A DNA stretch of 64,000 nt from Eledone cirrhosa (taxonomy: Eukaryota), in the NCBI GenBank assembly GCA_964016885.1, contig CAXHJY010001472.1, positions 992,001 to 1,056,000 of the forward strand. The letters run 5' to 3'. Both the position numbers and the translations under genes were made by a program. Shown here one piece after another: positions 25,301 to 39,200 of the stretch (position 1 is its first letter; each line of letters opens with the position of its first letter). The notes beneath the pieces were generated by a model, which was given only the letters and a program-made list of their open reading frames with translations, searched no databases and was not told where the DNA came from.

Positions 25301-28300
25301 AAATTATCTCCCCCTGATTTTTTTTACAAATTATCTCCACCTGATTTTTTTAAAAATTATCTCCCCTTGGACGGCTGGAAATTATCTCCCCTTGGCTGGA
25401 AATTATCTCCCCTTGGACGGCTAGAAATTATCTCTCTTTGGACGGCTGGAAATTATCTCCCTTTGATTTTTTTAACAAATTATCTCCCTCTGATTTTTTT
25501 TACAAATCTCCCCCTGATTTTTTTAAAAAAATTATCTCCCCTTCGCTGGCTGGAAATTATCTCCCCTTGGACACTGGAAATTATAGCCCCCTGGAGGGCT
25601 GGAAATTATCTTCCCTTGGACGGCTGGAAATTATCTCCCCTTGATTTTTTTTACAAATTATCTCCCCCTGATTTTTTTTTACAAATTATCTCCCCCTGAT
25701 TTTTTTTACAAATTATCTCCCCCTGATTTTTTTTTACAAATTATCTCCCCCTGATATTTTTTTTACAAATTATCTCCGCCTGATTTTTTAAAAAAAATTA
25801 TCTTCCCTTGGACGGCTGGAAATTATCTCCCCTTGGACGGCTGGAAATTATCTCCCCTTGGACGGCTAGAAATTACCTCTCCTTGGACGGCTGAAAATTA
25901 TCTCCCCTTGGACGGCTGCAAATTATCTCCCCTTGATTTTTTTTACAAATTATCTCCCCCTGATTTTTTTTTTACAAATTATCTCCCCCTGATTTTTTTT
26001 TTACAAATCTCCGCCCGATTTTTAAAAAAAATTATCTCCCCTTGGACGGCTGGAAATTATCTCCCCTTGGACGGCTGGAAATTATCTTCCCTTGGACGGC
26101 TAGAAATTACCTCTCCTTGGACGGCTGAAAATTATCTCCCCTTGGACGGCTGGAAATTATCTCCCCTTGATTTTTTTACAAATTATCTGCCCCTGATTTT
26201 TTTTTTACAAATTATCTCCCCCTGATTTTTTTAAAAATGATCTCCCCTTGGACGGCTGGAAATGATCTCCCCTTGGCTGGTTGGAAATTATCTCCCCTTG
26301 GACCGCTAGAAATAATCTCTCCTTGGACGGCTGGAAATTATCTCCCCTTGATTTTTTTTACAAATCTCCCCCTAATTTAAAAAAAAATTATCTCCCCTTC
26401 GCTGGCTGGAAATTATCTCCCTTTGGACGGCTGGAAATTATAGCCCCTTGTAGGGCTGGAAATTATCTCCCCTTGGACGGCTGGAAATTATCTCCCCTTG
26501 ATTTTCTTTACAAATTATCTCCCCCTGACTTTTTAAAAAATGATCTCCCCTTGGACGGCTGGAAATGATCTCCCCTTGGCTGGTTGGAAATTTTCTCCCC
26601 TTGGACCGCTAGAAATTATCTCTCCTTGGACGGCTGGAAATTATCTCCCCTTGATTTTTTTACAAATTATCTCCCCCTGATTTTTTTTACAAATCTCCCA
26701 GTGATTTTTTAAAAAAATTATCTCCCCTTCGCTGGCTGGAAATTATCTCCCCTTGGACGCTGGAAATTATAGCCCCTTGGAGGGCTGGAAATTATCTTCC
26801 CTTGGACGGCTGGAAATTATCTCCCCTTGATTTTTTTTACAAATTATCTCCCCCTGATTTTTTTTTACAAATTATCTCCCCCTGATTTTTTTTACAAATT
26901 ATCTCCCCCTGATTTTTTTAAACAAATTATCTCCCCTTGGACGGCTGGAAATTATCTCCCCTTGGACGGCTGGAAATTATCTCCCCTTGGACGGCTAGAA
27001 ATTACCTCTCCTTGGGCAGCTGAAAATTATCTCCCCTTGGACGGCTGCAAATTATCTCCCCTTGATTTTTTTTACAAATTATCTCCCCTTGATTTTTTTT
27101 TACAAATTATCTCCCCCTGATTTTTTTTACAAATTATCTCCCCCTGATTTTTTTTTACAAATTATCTCCCCCTGATTTTTTTTACAAAATATCTCCCCCT
27201 GATTTTTTTACAAATTATCTCCCCCTGATTTTTTTTACAATCTCCGCCTGATTTTTTAAAAAATTATCTTGCCTTGGCTGGCTGGAAATTATCTCCCCTT
27301 GGACGGCTGGAAATTATCTCCCCTTGGAAGGATGGAAATTATCTCCCCTTGGACGGCTGGAAATTATCTCCCCTTGCACGGCTGGAAATTATCTCCCCTT
27401 GGACAGCTGGAAATTATCTGCCCTTGATTTTGTTTTTACAAATTATGTTCCCCTGATTTTTTTTACAAATTATCTCCACCTGATTTTTTAAAAAATTATC
27501 TCCCCTTGGACGGCTGGAAATTATCTCCCCTTGGTTGGAAATTATCTCCCCTTGGACGGCTAGAAATTATCTCTGTTTGGACGGCTGGAAATTATCTCCC
27601 TTTGATTTTTTTAACAAATTATCTCCCTCTGATTTTTTTTACAAATCTCCCCCTGATTTTTTTAAAAAAATTATCTCCCCTTCGCTGGCTGGAAATTATC
27701 TCCCCTTGGACACTGGAAATTATAGCCCCCTGGAGGGCTGGAAATTATCTTCCCTTGGACGGCTGGAAATTATCTCCCCTTGATTTTTTTTACAAATTAT
27801 CTCCCCCTGATTTTTTTTTTACAAATTATCTCCCCCTGATTTTTTTTACAAATTATCTCCCCCTGATTTTTTTACAAATTATCTCCGCCTGATTTTTTTA
27901 AAAATTATCTTCCCTTGGCTGGCGGGAAATTATCTCCCCTTGGACGGCTGGAAATTATCTCCCCTTGGAAGGATGGAAATTATCTCCCCTTGGACAGCTG
28001 GAAATTATCTCCCCTTGGACGGCTGAAAATTATCTCCCCTTGATTTTTTTTTTACAAATTATCTCCCCCTGATTTTTTTTTACAAATTATCTCCCCATGA
28101 TTTTTTTTTTACAAATTATCTCCCCCTGATTTTTTTTTACAAATTATCTCCCCCTGATTTTTTTTTTACAAATTATCTACCCCTGATTTTTTTTACAAAT
28201 CTCCCCCTAATTTAAAAAAAAATTATCTCCCCTTCGCTGGCTGGAAATTATCTCCCTTTGGACGGCTGGAAATTATAGCCCCTTGTAGGGCTGGAAATTA

Positions 28301-31300
28301 TCTCCCCTTGGACGGCTGGAAATTATCTCCCCTTGATTTTTTTTACAAATTATCTCCCCCTGATTTTTTTAAAAATGATCTCCCCTTGGACGGCTGGAAA
28401 TGATCTCCCCTTGGCTGGTTGGAAATTATCTCCCCTTGGACCGCTAGAAATTATCTCTCCTTGGATGGCTGGAAATTATCTCCCCTTGATTTTTCTACAA
28501 ATTATCTCCCCCTGATTTTTTTTACAAATCTCCCAGTGATTTTTAAAAAAAATTTTCTCCCCTTCGCTGGCTGGAAATTATCTCCCCTTGGACGCTGGAA
28601 ATTATAGCCCCTTGGAAGGCTGGAAATTATCTTCCCTTGGACGGCTGGAAATTATCTCCCCTTGATTTTTTTTACAAATTATCTCCCCCTGATTTTTTTT
28701 TTTACAAATTATCTCCCCCTGATTTTTTTTAACAAATTATCTCCGCCTGATTTTTTTAAAAAAATTATCTCCCCTTGGACGGCTGGAAATTATCTCCCCT
28801 TGGACGGCTGGAAATTATCTCCCCTTGGACGGCTAGAAATTACCTCTCCTTGGACGGCTGAAAATTATCTCCCCTTGGACGGCTGCAAATTATCTCCCCT
28901 TGATTTTTTTTACAAATTATCTCCCCTTGATTTTTTTTTATAAATTATCTCCCCCTGATTTTTTTTACAAATTATCTTCCCTTGGACGGCTGGAAATTAT
29001 CTCCCCTTGGAAGGATGGAAATTATCTCCCCTTGGACGGCTGGAAATTATCTCCCCTTGCACGGCTGGAAATTATCTCCCCTTGGACAGCTGGAAATTAT
29101 CTGCCCTTGATTTTTTTTTACAAATTATCTCCCCCTGATTTTTTTTTACAAATTATCTCCCCCTGATTTTTTTTTTACAAATTATCTCCGCCTGATTTTT
29201 TTTTTAAATTATCTCCCCTTGGACGGCTGGAAATTATCTCCCCTTGGACGGCTGGAAATTATCTTCCCTTGGACGGCTAGAAATTACCTCTCCTTGGACG
29301 GCTGAAAATTATCTCCCCTTGGACGGCTGGAAATTATCTCCCCTTGATTTTTTTACAAATTATCTGCCCCTGATTTTTTTTTACAAATTATCTCCCCCTG
29401 ATTTTTTTTTACAAATTATCTCCCCCTGATTTTTTTTTACTAATTATCTCCCCCTGATTTTTTTTTTACAAATTATCTCCCCCTGATTTTTTTACAAATT
29501 ATCTCCCCCTGATTTTTTTTACAATCTCCGCCTGATTTTTTAAAAAATTATCTTCCCTTGGCTGGCGGGAAATTATCTCCCCTTGGACGGCTGGAAATTA
29601 TCTCCCCTTGGCTGGAAATTATCTCCCCTTGGACACTGGAAATTATAGCCCCTTGGAGGGCTGGAAATTATCTTCCCTTGGACGGCTGGAAATTATCTCC
29701 CCTTGATTTTTTTACAAATTATCTGCCCCTGATTTTTTTTTTACAAATTATCTCCCCCTGATTTTTTTTTACAAATTATCTACCCCTGATTTTTTTTACA
29801 AATTATCTCCCCCTGATTTTTTTTTACAAATTATCTCCCCCTGATTTTTTAAAAAATGATCTCCCCTTGGACGGCTGGAAATGATCTCCCCTTGGCTGGT
29901 TGGAAATTATCTCCCCTTGGACCGCTAGAAATTATCTCTCCTTGGACGGCTGGAAATTATTTCCCCTTGATTTTTTTTACAAATCTCCCCCTAATTTAAA
30001 AAAAAATTATCTCCCCTTCGCTGGCTGGAAATTATCTCCCTTTGGACGGCTGGAAATTATAGCCCCTTGTAGGGCTGGAAATTATCTCCCCTTGGACGGC
30101 TGGAAATTATCTCCCCTTGATTTTTTTTACAAATTATCTCCCCCTGATTTTTTTAAAAATGATCTCCCCTTGGACGGCTGGAAATGATCTCCCCTTGGCT
30201 GGTTGGAAATTATCTCCCCTTGGACCGCTAGAAATTATCTCTCCTTGGATGGCTGGAAATTATCTCCCCTTGATTTTTTTACAAATTATCTCCCCCTGAT
30301 TTTTTTACAAATCTCCCAGTGATTTTTAAAAAAAATTTTCTCCCCTTCGCTGGCTGGAAATTATCTCCCCTTGGACGCTGGAAATTATAGCCCCCTTGGA
30401 GGGCTGGAAATTATCTTCCCTTGGACGGCTGGAAATTATCTCCCCTTGATTTTTTTTACAAATTATCTCCCCCTGATTTTTTTTTACAAATTATCTCCGC
30501 CTGATTTTTAAAAAAAATTATCTCCCCTTGGACGGCTGGAATTATCTCCCCTTGGACGGCTGGAAATTATCTCCCCTTGGACGGCTAGAAATTACCTCTC
30601 CTTGGACGGCTGAAAATTATCTCCCCTTGGACGGCTGCAAATTATCTCCCCTTGATTTTTTTTACAAATTATCTCCCCCTGATTTTTTTTTACAAATTAT
30701 CTACCCCTGATTTTTTTTACAAATTATCTCCCCCTGATTTTTTTTTACAAATTATCTCCCCCTGATTTTTTTTTACAAATTATCTCCCCCTGATTTTTTT
30801 ACAAATTAACTCCCCCTGATTTTTTTTACAATCTCCGCCTGATTTTTTAAAAAATAATCTTCCCTTGGCTGGCGGGAAATTATCTCCCCTTGGACGGCTG
30901 GAAATTATCTCCCCTTGGAAGGATAGAAATTATCTCCCCTTGGACGGCTGGAAATTATCTCCCCTTGCACGGCTGGAAATTATCTCCCCTTGGACAGCTG
31001 GAAATTATCTGCCCTTGATTTTGTTTTTACAAATTATCTCCCCCTGATTTTTTTTACAAATTATCTCCACCTGATTTTTTAAAAAATTATCTCCCCTTGG
31101 ACGGCTGGAAATTATCTCCCCTTGGCTGGAAATTATCTCCCCTTGGACGGCTAGAAATTATCTCTCTTTGGACGGCTGGAAATTATCTCCCTTTGATTTT
31201 TTTTACAAATTATCTCCCTCTGATTTTTTTTACAAATCTCCCCCTGATTTTTAAAAAAAAAGTATCTCCCCTTCGCTGGCTGGAAATTATCTCCCCTTGG

Positions 31301-34300
31301 ACACTGGAAATTATAGCCCCTTGGAGGGCTGGAAATTATCTTCCCTTGGACGGCTGGAAATTATCTCCCCTTGATTTTTTTTACAAATTATCTCCCCCTG
31401 ATATTTTTTTTACAAATTATCTCCCCCTGATTTTTTTACAAATTATCTCCCCCTGATTTTTTTTACAAATTATCTCCGCCTGATTTTTTTAAATATTATC
31501 TTCCCTTGGCTGGCGGGAAATTATCTCCCCTTGGACGGTTGGAAATTATCTCCCCTTGCACTGCTGGAAATTATCTCCCCTTGGACGGCTGGAAATTATC
31601 TCCCCTTGCACGGCTGGAAATTATCATCCCCTTGGACGGCTGAAAATTATCTCCCCTTGATTTTTTTTTACAAATTATCTGCCCCTGATTTTTTTTTACA
31701 AATTATCTCCCCCTGATTTTTTTTTACAAATTATCTCCGCCTGATTTTTAAAAAAAAATTATCTCCCCTTAGACGGCTGGAAATTATCTCCCCTTGGACG
31801 GCTGGAAATTATCTCCCCTTGGACGGCTAGAAATTGGACGGCTGAAAATTATCTCCCCTTGGACGGCTGCAAATTATCTCCCCTTGATTTTTTTTACAAA
31901 TTATCTCCCCCTGATTTTTTTTTACAAATTATCTCCCCCTGATTTTTTTTTTACAAATTATCTCCCCCTGATTTTTTTACAAATTATCTCCCCCTGATTT
32001 TTTTTACAATCTCCGCCTGATTTTTTAAAAAATTATCTTCCCTTGGCTGGCGGGAAATTATCTCCCCTTGGACGGCTGGAAATTATCTCCCCTTGGCTGG
32101 AAATTATCTCCCCTTGGACACTGGAAATTATAGCCCCTTGGAGGGCTGGAAATTATCTTCCCTTGGACGGCTGGAAATTATCTCCCCTTGATTTTTTTAC
32201 AAATTATCTGCCCCTGATTTTTTTTTACAAATTATCTCCCCCTGATTTTTTTTTACAAATTATCTACCCCTGATTTTTTTTACAAATTATCTCCCCCTGA
32301 TTTTTTTTTTACAAATTATCTCCCCCTGATTTTTTTAAAAATGATCTCCCCTTGGACGGCTGGAAATGATCTCCCCTTGGCTGGTTGGAAATTATCTCCC
32401 CTTGGACCGCTAGAAATTATCTCTCCTTGGACGGCTGGAAATTATTTCCCCTTGATTTTTTTTACAAATCTCCCCCTAATTTAAAAAAAAATTATCTCCC
32501 CTTCGCTGGCTGGAAATTATCTCCCTTTGGACGGCTGGAAATTATAGCCCCTTGTAGGGCTGGAAATTATCTCCCCTTGGACGGCTGGAAATTATCTCCC
32601 CTTGATTTTTTTTACAAATTATCTCCCCCTGATTTTTTTAAAAATGATCTCCCCTTGGACGGCTGGAAATGATCTCCCCTTGGCTGGTTGGAAATTATCT
32701 CCCCTTGGACCGCTAGAAATTATCTCTCCTTGGATGGCTGGAAATTATCTCCCCTTGATTTTTCTACAAATTATCTCCCCCTGATTTTTTTTACAAATCT
32801 CCCAGTGATTTTTAAAAAAAATTTTCTCCCCTTCGCTGGCTGGAAATTATCTCCCCTTGGACGCTGGAAATTATAGCCCCTTGGAAGGCTGGAAATTATC
32901 TTCCCTTGGACGGCTGGAAATTATCTCCCCTTGATTTTTTTTTACAAATTATCTCCCCCTGATTTTTTTTTTTACAAATTATCTCCCCCTGATTTTTTTT
33001 AACAAATTATCTCCGCCTGATTTTTTTAAAAAAATTATCTCCCCTTGGACGGCTGGAAATTATCTCCCCTTGGACGGCTGGAAATTATCTCCCCTTGGAC
33101 GGCTAGAAATTACCTCTCCTTGGACGGCTGAAAATTATCTCCCCTTGGACGGCTGCAAATTATCTCCCCTTGATTTTTTTTACAAATTATCTCCCCTTGA
33201 TTTTTTTTTACAAATTATCTCCCCCTGATTTTTTTTACAAATTATCTTCCCTTGGACGGCTGGAAATTATCTCCCCTTGGAAGGATGGAAATTATCTCCC
33301 CTTGGACGGCTGGAAATTATCTCCCCTTGCACGGCTGGAAATTATCTCCCCTTGGACAGCTGGAAATTATCTGCCCTTGATTTTGTTTTTACAAATTATC
33401 TCCCCCTGATTTTTTTTACAAATTATCTCCACCTGATTTTTTTAAAAATTATCTCCCCTTGGACGGCTGGAAATTATCTCCCCTTGGCTGGAAATTATCT
33501 CCCCTTGGACGGCTAGAAATTATCTCTCTTTGGACGGCTGGAAATTATCTCCCTTTGATTTTTTTAACAAATTATCTCCCTCTGATTTTTTTTACAAATC
33601 TCCCCCTGATTTTTTTAAAAAAATTATCTCCCCTTCGCTGGCTGGAAATTATCTCCCCTTGGACACTGGAAATTATAGCCCCCTGGAGGGCTGGAAATTA
33701 TCTTCCCTTGGACGGCTGGAAATTATCTCCCCTTGATTTTTTTTACAAATTATCTCCCCCTGATTTTTTTTTACAAATTATCTCCCCCTGATTTTTTTTA
33801 CAAATTATCTCCCCCTGATTTTTTTTTACAAATTATCTCCCCCTGATATTTTTTTTACAAATTATCTCCGCCTGATTTTTTAAAAAAAATTATCTCCCCT
33901 TGGACGGCTGGAAATTATCTCCCCTTGGACGGCTGGAAATTATCTCCCCTTGGACGGCTAGAAATTACCTCTCCTTGGACGGCTGAAAATTATCTCCCCT
34001 TGGACGGCTGCAAATTATCTCCCCTTGATTTTTTTTACAAATTATCTCCCCCTGATTTTTTTTTTACAAATTATCTCCCCCTGATTTTTTTTTTACAAAT
34101 CTCCGCCCGATTTTTAAAAAAAATTATCTCCCCTTGGACGGCTGGAAATTATCTCCCCTTGGACGGCTGGAAATTATCTTCCCTTGGACGGCTAGAAATT
34201 ACCTCTCCTTGGACGGCTGAAAATTATCTCCCCTTGGACGGCTGGAAATTATCTCCCCTTGATTTTTTTACAAATTATCTGCCCCTGATTTTTTTTTTAC

Positions 34301-36230
34301 AAATTATCTCCCCCTGATTTTTTTAAAAATGATCTCCCCTTGGACGGCTGGAAATGATCTCCCCTTGGCTGGTTGGAAATTATCTCCCCTTGGACCGCTA
34401 GAAATAATCTCTCCTTGGACGGCTGGAAATTATCTCCCCTTGATTTTTTTTACAAATCTCCCCCTAATTTAAAAAAAAATTATCTCCCCTTCGCTGGCTG
34501 GAAATTATCTCCCTTTGGACGGCTGGAAATTATAGCCCCTTGTAGGGCTGGAAATTATCTCCCCTTGGACGGCTGGAAATTATCTCCCCTTGATTTTCTT
34601 TACAAATTATCTCCCCCTGACTTTTTAAAAAATGATCTCCCCTTGGACGGCTGGAAATGATCTCCCCTTGGCTGGTTGGAAATTTTCTCCCCTTGGACCG
34701 CTAGAAATTATCTCTCCTTGGACGGCTGGAAATTATCTCCCCTTGATTTTTTTACAAATTATCTCCCCCTGATTTTTTTTACAAATCTCCCAGTGATTTT
34801 TTAAAAAAATTATCTCCCCTTCGCTGGCTGGAAATTATCTCCCCTTGGACGCTGGAAATTATAGCCCCTTGGAGGGCTGGAAATTATCTTCCCTTGGACG
34901 GCTGGAAATTATCTCCCCTTGATTTTTTTTACAAATTATCTCCCCCTGATTTTTTTTTACAAATTATCTCCCCCTGATTTTTTTTACAAATTATCTCCCC
35001 CTGATTTTTTTAAACAAATTATCTCCCCTTGGACGGCTGGAAATTATCTCCCCTTGGACGGCTGGAAATTATCTCCCCTTGGACGGCTAGAAATTACCTC
35101 TCCTTGGGCAGCTGAAAATTATCTCCCCTTGGACGGCTGCAAATTATCTCCCCTTGATTTTTTTTACAAATTATCTCCCCTTGATTTTTTTTTACAAATT
35201 ATCTCCCCCTGATTTTTTTTACAAATTATCTCCCCCTGATTTTTTTTTACAAATTATCTCCCCCTGATTTTTTTTACAAAATATCTCCCCCTGATTTTTT
35301 TACAAATTATCTCCCCCTGATTTTTTTTACAATCTCCGCCTGATTTTTTAAAAAATTATCTTGCCTTGGCTGGCTGGAAATTATCTCCCCTTGGACGGCT
35401 GGAAATTATCTCCCCTTGGAAGGATGGAAATTATCTCCCCTTGGACGGCTGGAAATTATCTCCCCTTGCACGGCTGGAAATTATCTCCCCTTGGACAGCT
35501 GGAAATTATCTGCCCTTGATTTTGTTTTTACAAATTATGTTCCCCTGATTTTTTTTACAAATTATCTCCACCTGATTTTTTAAAAAATTATCTCCCCTTG
35601 GACGGCTGGAAATTATCTCCCCTTGGTTGGAAATTATCTCCCCTTGGACGGCTAGAAATTATCTCTGTTTGGACGGCTGGAAATTATCTCCCTTTGATTT
35701 TTTTAACAAATTATCTCCCTCTGATTTTTTTTACAAATCTCCCCCTGATTTTTTTAAAAAAATTATCTCCCCTTCGCTGGCTGGAAATTATCTCCCCTTG
35801 GACACTGGAAATTATAGCCCCCTGGAGGGCTGGAAATTATCTTCCCTTGGACGGCTGGAAATTATCTCCCCTTGATTTATTTTACAAATTATCTCCCCCT
35901 GATTTTTTTTTTACAAATTATCTCCCCCTGATTTTTTTTACAAATTATCTCCCCCTGATTTTTTTACAAATTATCTCCGCCTGATTTTTTTAAAAATTAT
36001 CTTCCCTTGGCTGGCGGGAAATTATCTCCCCTTGGACGGCTGGAAATTATCTCCCCTTGGAAGGATGGAAATTATCTCCCCTTGGACAGCTGGAAATTAT
36101 CTCCCCTTGGACGGCTGAAAATTATCTCCCCTTGATTTTTTTTTTACAAATTATCTCCCCCTGATTTTTTTTTACAAATTATCTCCCCCTGATTTTTTTT
36201 TTACAAATTATCTCTCCCTGATTTTTTTTT
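20110..36230. repeat. Near-perfect tandem duplication with ~8,077-8,093-bp period (junction near 28100-28200)
   Basis: Offsets: 20342/28419 and 21481/29558 (8077), 22787/30865 (8078), 24292/32385 (8093), 27274/35366 (8092). The private SNV AAATTAACTCC is at 22731 and 30809. Confidence 0.9.
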
Positions 36231-39200
36231 ACAAATATCTCCCCTTGGCTGGCTGGAAATTATCTCCCCTTGGACGGTTGGAAATTATCTCCCCTTGGAC
36301 GGCTGGAAATTATCTCCCCTTGGACGGCTGGAAATTATCTCCTCTTGGACGGCTGGAAATTATCTCCCCTTGGACGGCTGGAAATTATCTGCCCTTGATT
36401 TTTTTTTACAAATTATCTCCCCCTGATTTTTTTAAAAATGATCTCCCCTTGGACGGCTGGAAATGATCTCCCCTTGGCTGGTTGGAAATTATCTCCCCTT
36501 GGACCGCTAGAAATTATCTCTCCTTGGACGGCTGGAAATTATCTCCCCTTGATTTTTTTACAAATTATCTCGTCCTGATTTTTTTTACAAATCTCCCAGT
36601 GATTTTTAAAAAAAAATTATCTCCCCTTCGCTGGCTGGAAATTATCTCACCTTGGACGCTGGAAATTATAGCCCCTTGGAGGGCTGGAAATTATCTTCAC
36701 TTGGACGGCTGGAAATTACCTCCCCTTGATTTTTTTTACAAATTATCTCCCCCTGATTTTTTTTTACAAATTATCTCCCCCGGATTTTTTTTTATAAATT
36801 ATCTCCCCCTGATTTTTTTTAACAAATTATCTCCGCCTGATTTTTAAAAAAAAATTATCTCCCCTTAGACGGCTGGAAATTATCTCCCCTTGGACGGCTG
36901 GAAATTATCTCCCCTTGGACGGCTAGAAATTGGACGGCTGAAAATTATCTCCCCTTGGACGGCTGCAAATTATCTCCCCTTGATTTTTTTTACAAATTAT
37001 CTCCCCCTGATTTTTTTTTACAAATTATCTCCCCCTGATTTTTTTTTACAAATTATCTCCCCCTGATTTTTTTTTACAAATTATCTACCCCTGATTTTTT
37101 TTTACAAATTATCTCCCCCTGATTTTTTTTTACAAATTATCTCCCCCTGATTTTTTTTTTACAAATTATCTCCCCCTGATTTTTTTACAAATTATCTCCC
37201 CCTGATTTTTTTTACAATCTCCGCCTGATTTTTTAAAAAATGATCTCCCCTTGGACGGCTGGAAATGATCTCCCCTTGGCTGGTTGGAAATTATCTCCCC
37301 TTGGACCGCTAGAAATTATCTCTCCTTGGACGGCTGGAAATTATCTCCCCTTGATTTTTTTACAAATTATCTCCCCCTGATTTTTTTTTACAAATCTCCC
37401 AGTGATTTTTAAAAAAAAATTATCTCCCCTTCGCTGGCTGGAAATTATCTCCCCTTGGACGCTGGAAATTATAGCCCCCTTGGAGGGCTGGAAATTATCT
37501 TCCCTTGGACGGCTGGAAATTATCTCCCCTTGATTTTTTTTACAAATTATCTCCCCCTGATTTTTTTTTACAAATTATCTCCGCCTGATTTTTAAAAAAA
37601 AATTATCTCCCCTTGGACGGCTGGAATTATCTCCCCTTGGACGGCTGGAAATTATCTCCCCTTGGACGGCTAGAAATTACCTCTCCTTGGACGGCTGAAA
37701 ATTATCTCCCCTTGGACGGCTGCAAATTATCTCCCCTTGATTTTTTTTACAAATTATCTCCCCCTGATTTTTTTTTACAAATTATCTACCCCTGATTTTT
37801 TTTACAAATTATCTCCCCCTGATTTTTTTTTACAAATTATCTCCCCCTGATTTTTTTTTACAAATTATCTCCCCCTGATTTTTTTACAAATTATCTCCCC
37901 CTGATTTTTTTTACAATCTCCGCCTGATTTTTTAAAAAATAATCTTCCCTTGGCTGGCGGGAAATTATCTCCCCTTGGACGGCTGGAAATTATCTCCCCT
38001 TGGAAGGATAGAAATTATCTCCCCTTGGACGGCTGGAAATTATCTCCCCTTGCACGGCTGGAAATTATCTCCCCTTGGACAGCTGGAAATTATCTGCCCT
38101 TGATTTTGTTTTTACAAATTATCTCCCCCTGATTTTTTTTACAAATTATCTCCACCTGATTTTTTAAAAAATTATCTCCCCTTGGACGGCTGGAAATTAT
38201 CTCCCCTTGGCTGGAAATTATCTCCCCTTGGACGGCTAGAAATTATCTCTCTTTGGACGGCTGGAAATTATCTCCCTTTGATTTTTTTTACAAATTATCT
38301 CCCTCTGATTTTTTTTACAAATCTCCCCCTGATTTTTAAAAAAAAATTATCTCCCCTTCGCTGGCTGGAAATTATCTCCCCTTGGACACTGGAAATTATA
38401 GCCCCTTGGAGGGCTGGAAATTATCTTCCCTTGGACGGCTGGAAATTATCTCCCCTTGATTTTTTTTACAAATTATCTCCCCCTGATATTTTTTTTACAA
38501 ATTATCTCCCCCTGATTTTTTTACAAATTATCTCCCCCTGATTTTTTTTACAAATTATCTCCGCCTGATTTTTTTAAATATTATCTTCCCTTGGCTGGCG
38601 GGAAATTATCTCCCCTTGGACGGTTGGAAATTATCTCCCCTTGCACTGCTGGAAATTATCTCCCCTTGGACGGCTGGAAATTATCTCCCCTTGCACGGCT
38701 GGAAATTATCATCCCCTTGGACGGCTGAAAATTATCTCCCCTTGATTTTTTTTTACAAATTATCTGCCCCTGATTTTTTTTTACAAATTATCTCCCCCTG
38801 ATTTTTTTTTACAAATTATCTCCGCCTGATTTTTAAAAAAAAATTATCTCCCCTTAGACGGCTGGAAATTATCTCCCCTTGGACGGCTGGAAATTATCTC
38901 CCCTTGGACGGCTAGAAATTGGACGGCTGAAAATTATCTCCCCTTGGACGGCTGCAAATTATCTCCCCTTGATTTTTTTTACAAATTATCTCCCCCTGAT
39001 TTTTTTTTACAAATTATCTCCCCCTGATTTTTTTTTTACAAATTATCTCCCCCTGATTTTTTTACAAATTATCTCCCCCTGATTTTTTTTACAATCTCCG
39101 CCTGATTTTTTAAAAAATTATCTTCCCTTGGCTGGCGGGAAATTATCTCCCCTTGGACGGCTGGAAATTATCTCCCCTTGGCTGGAAATTATCTCCCCTT

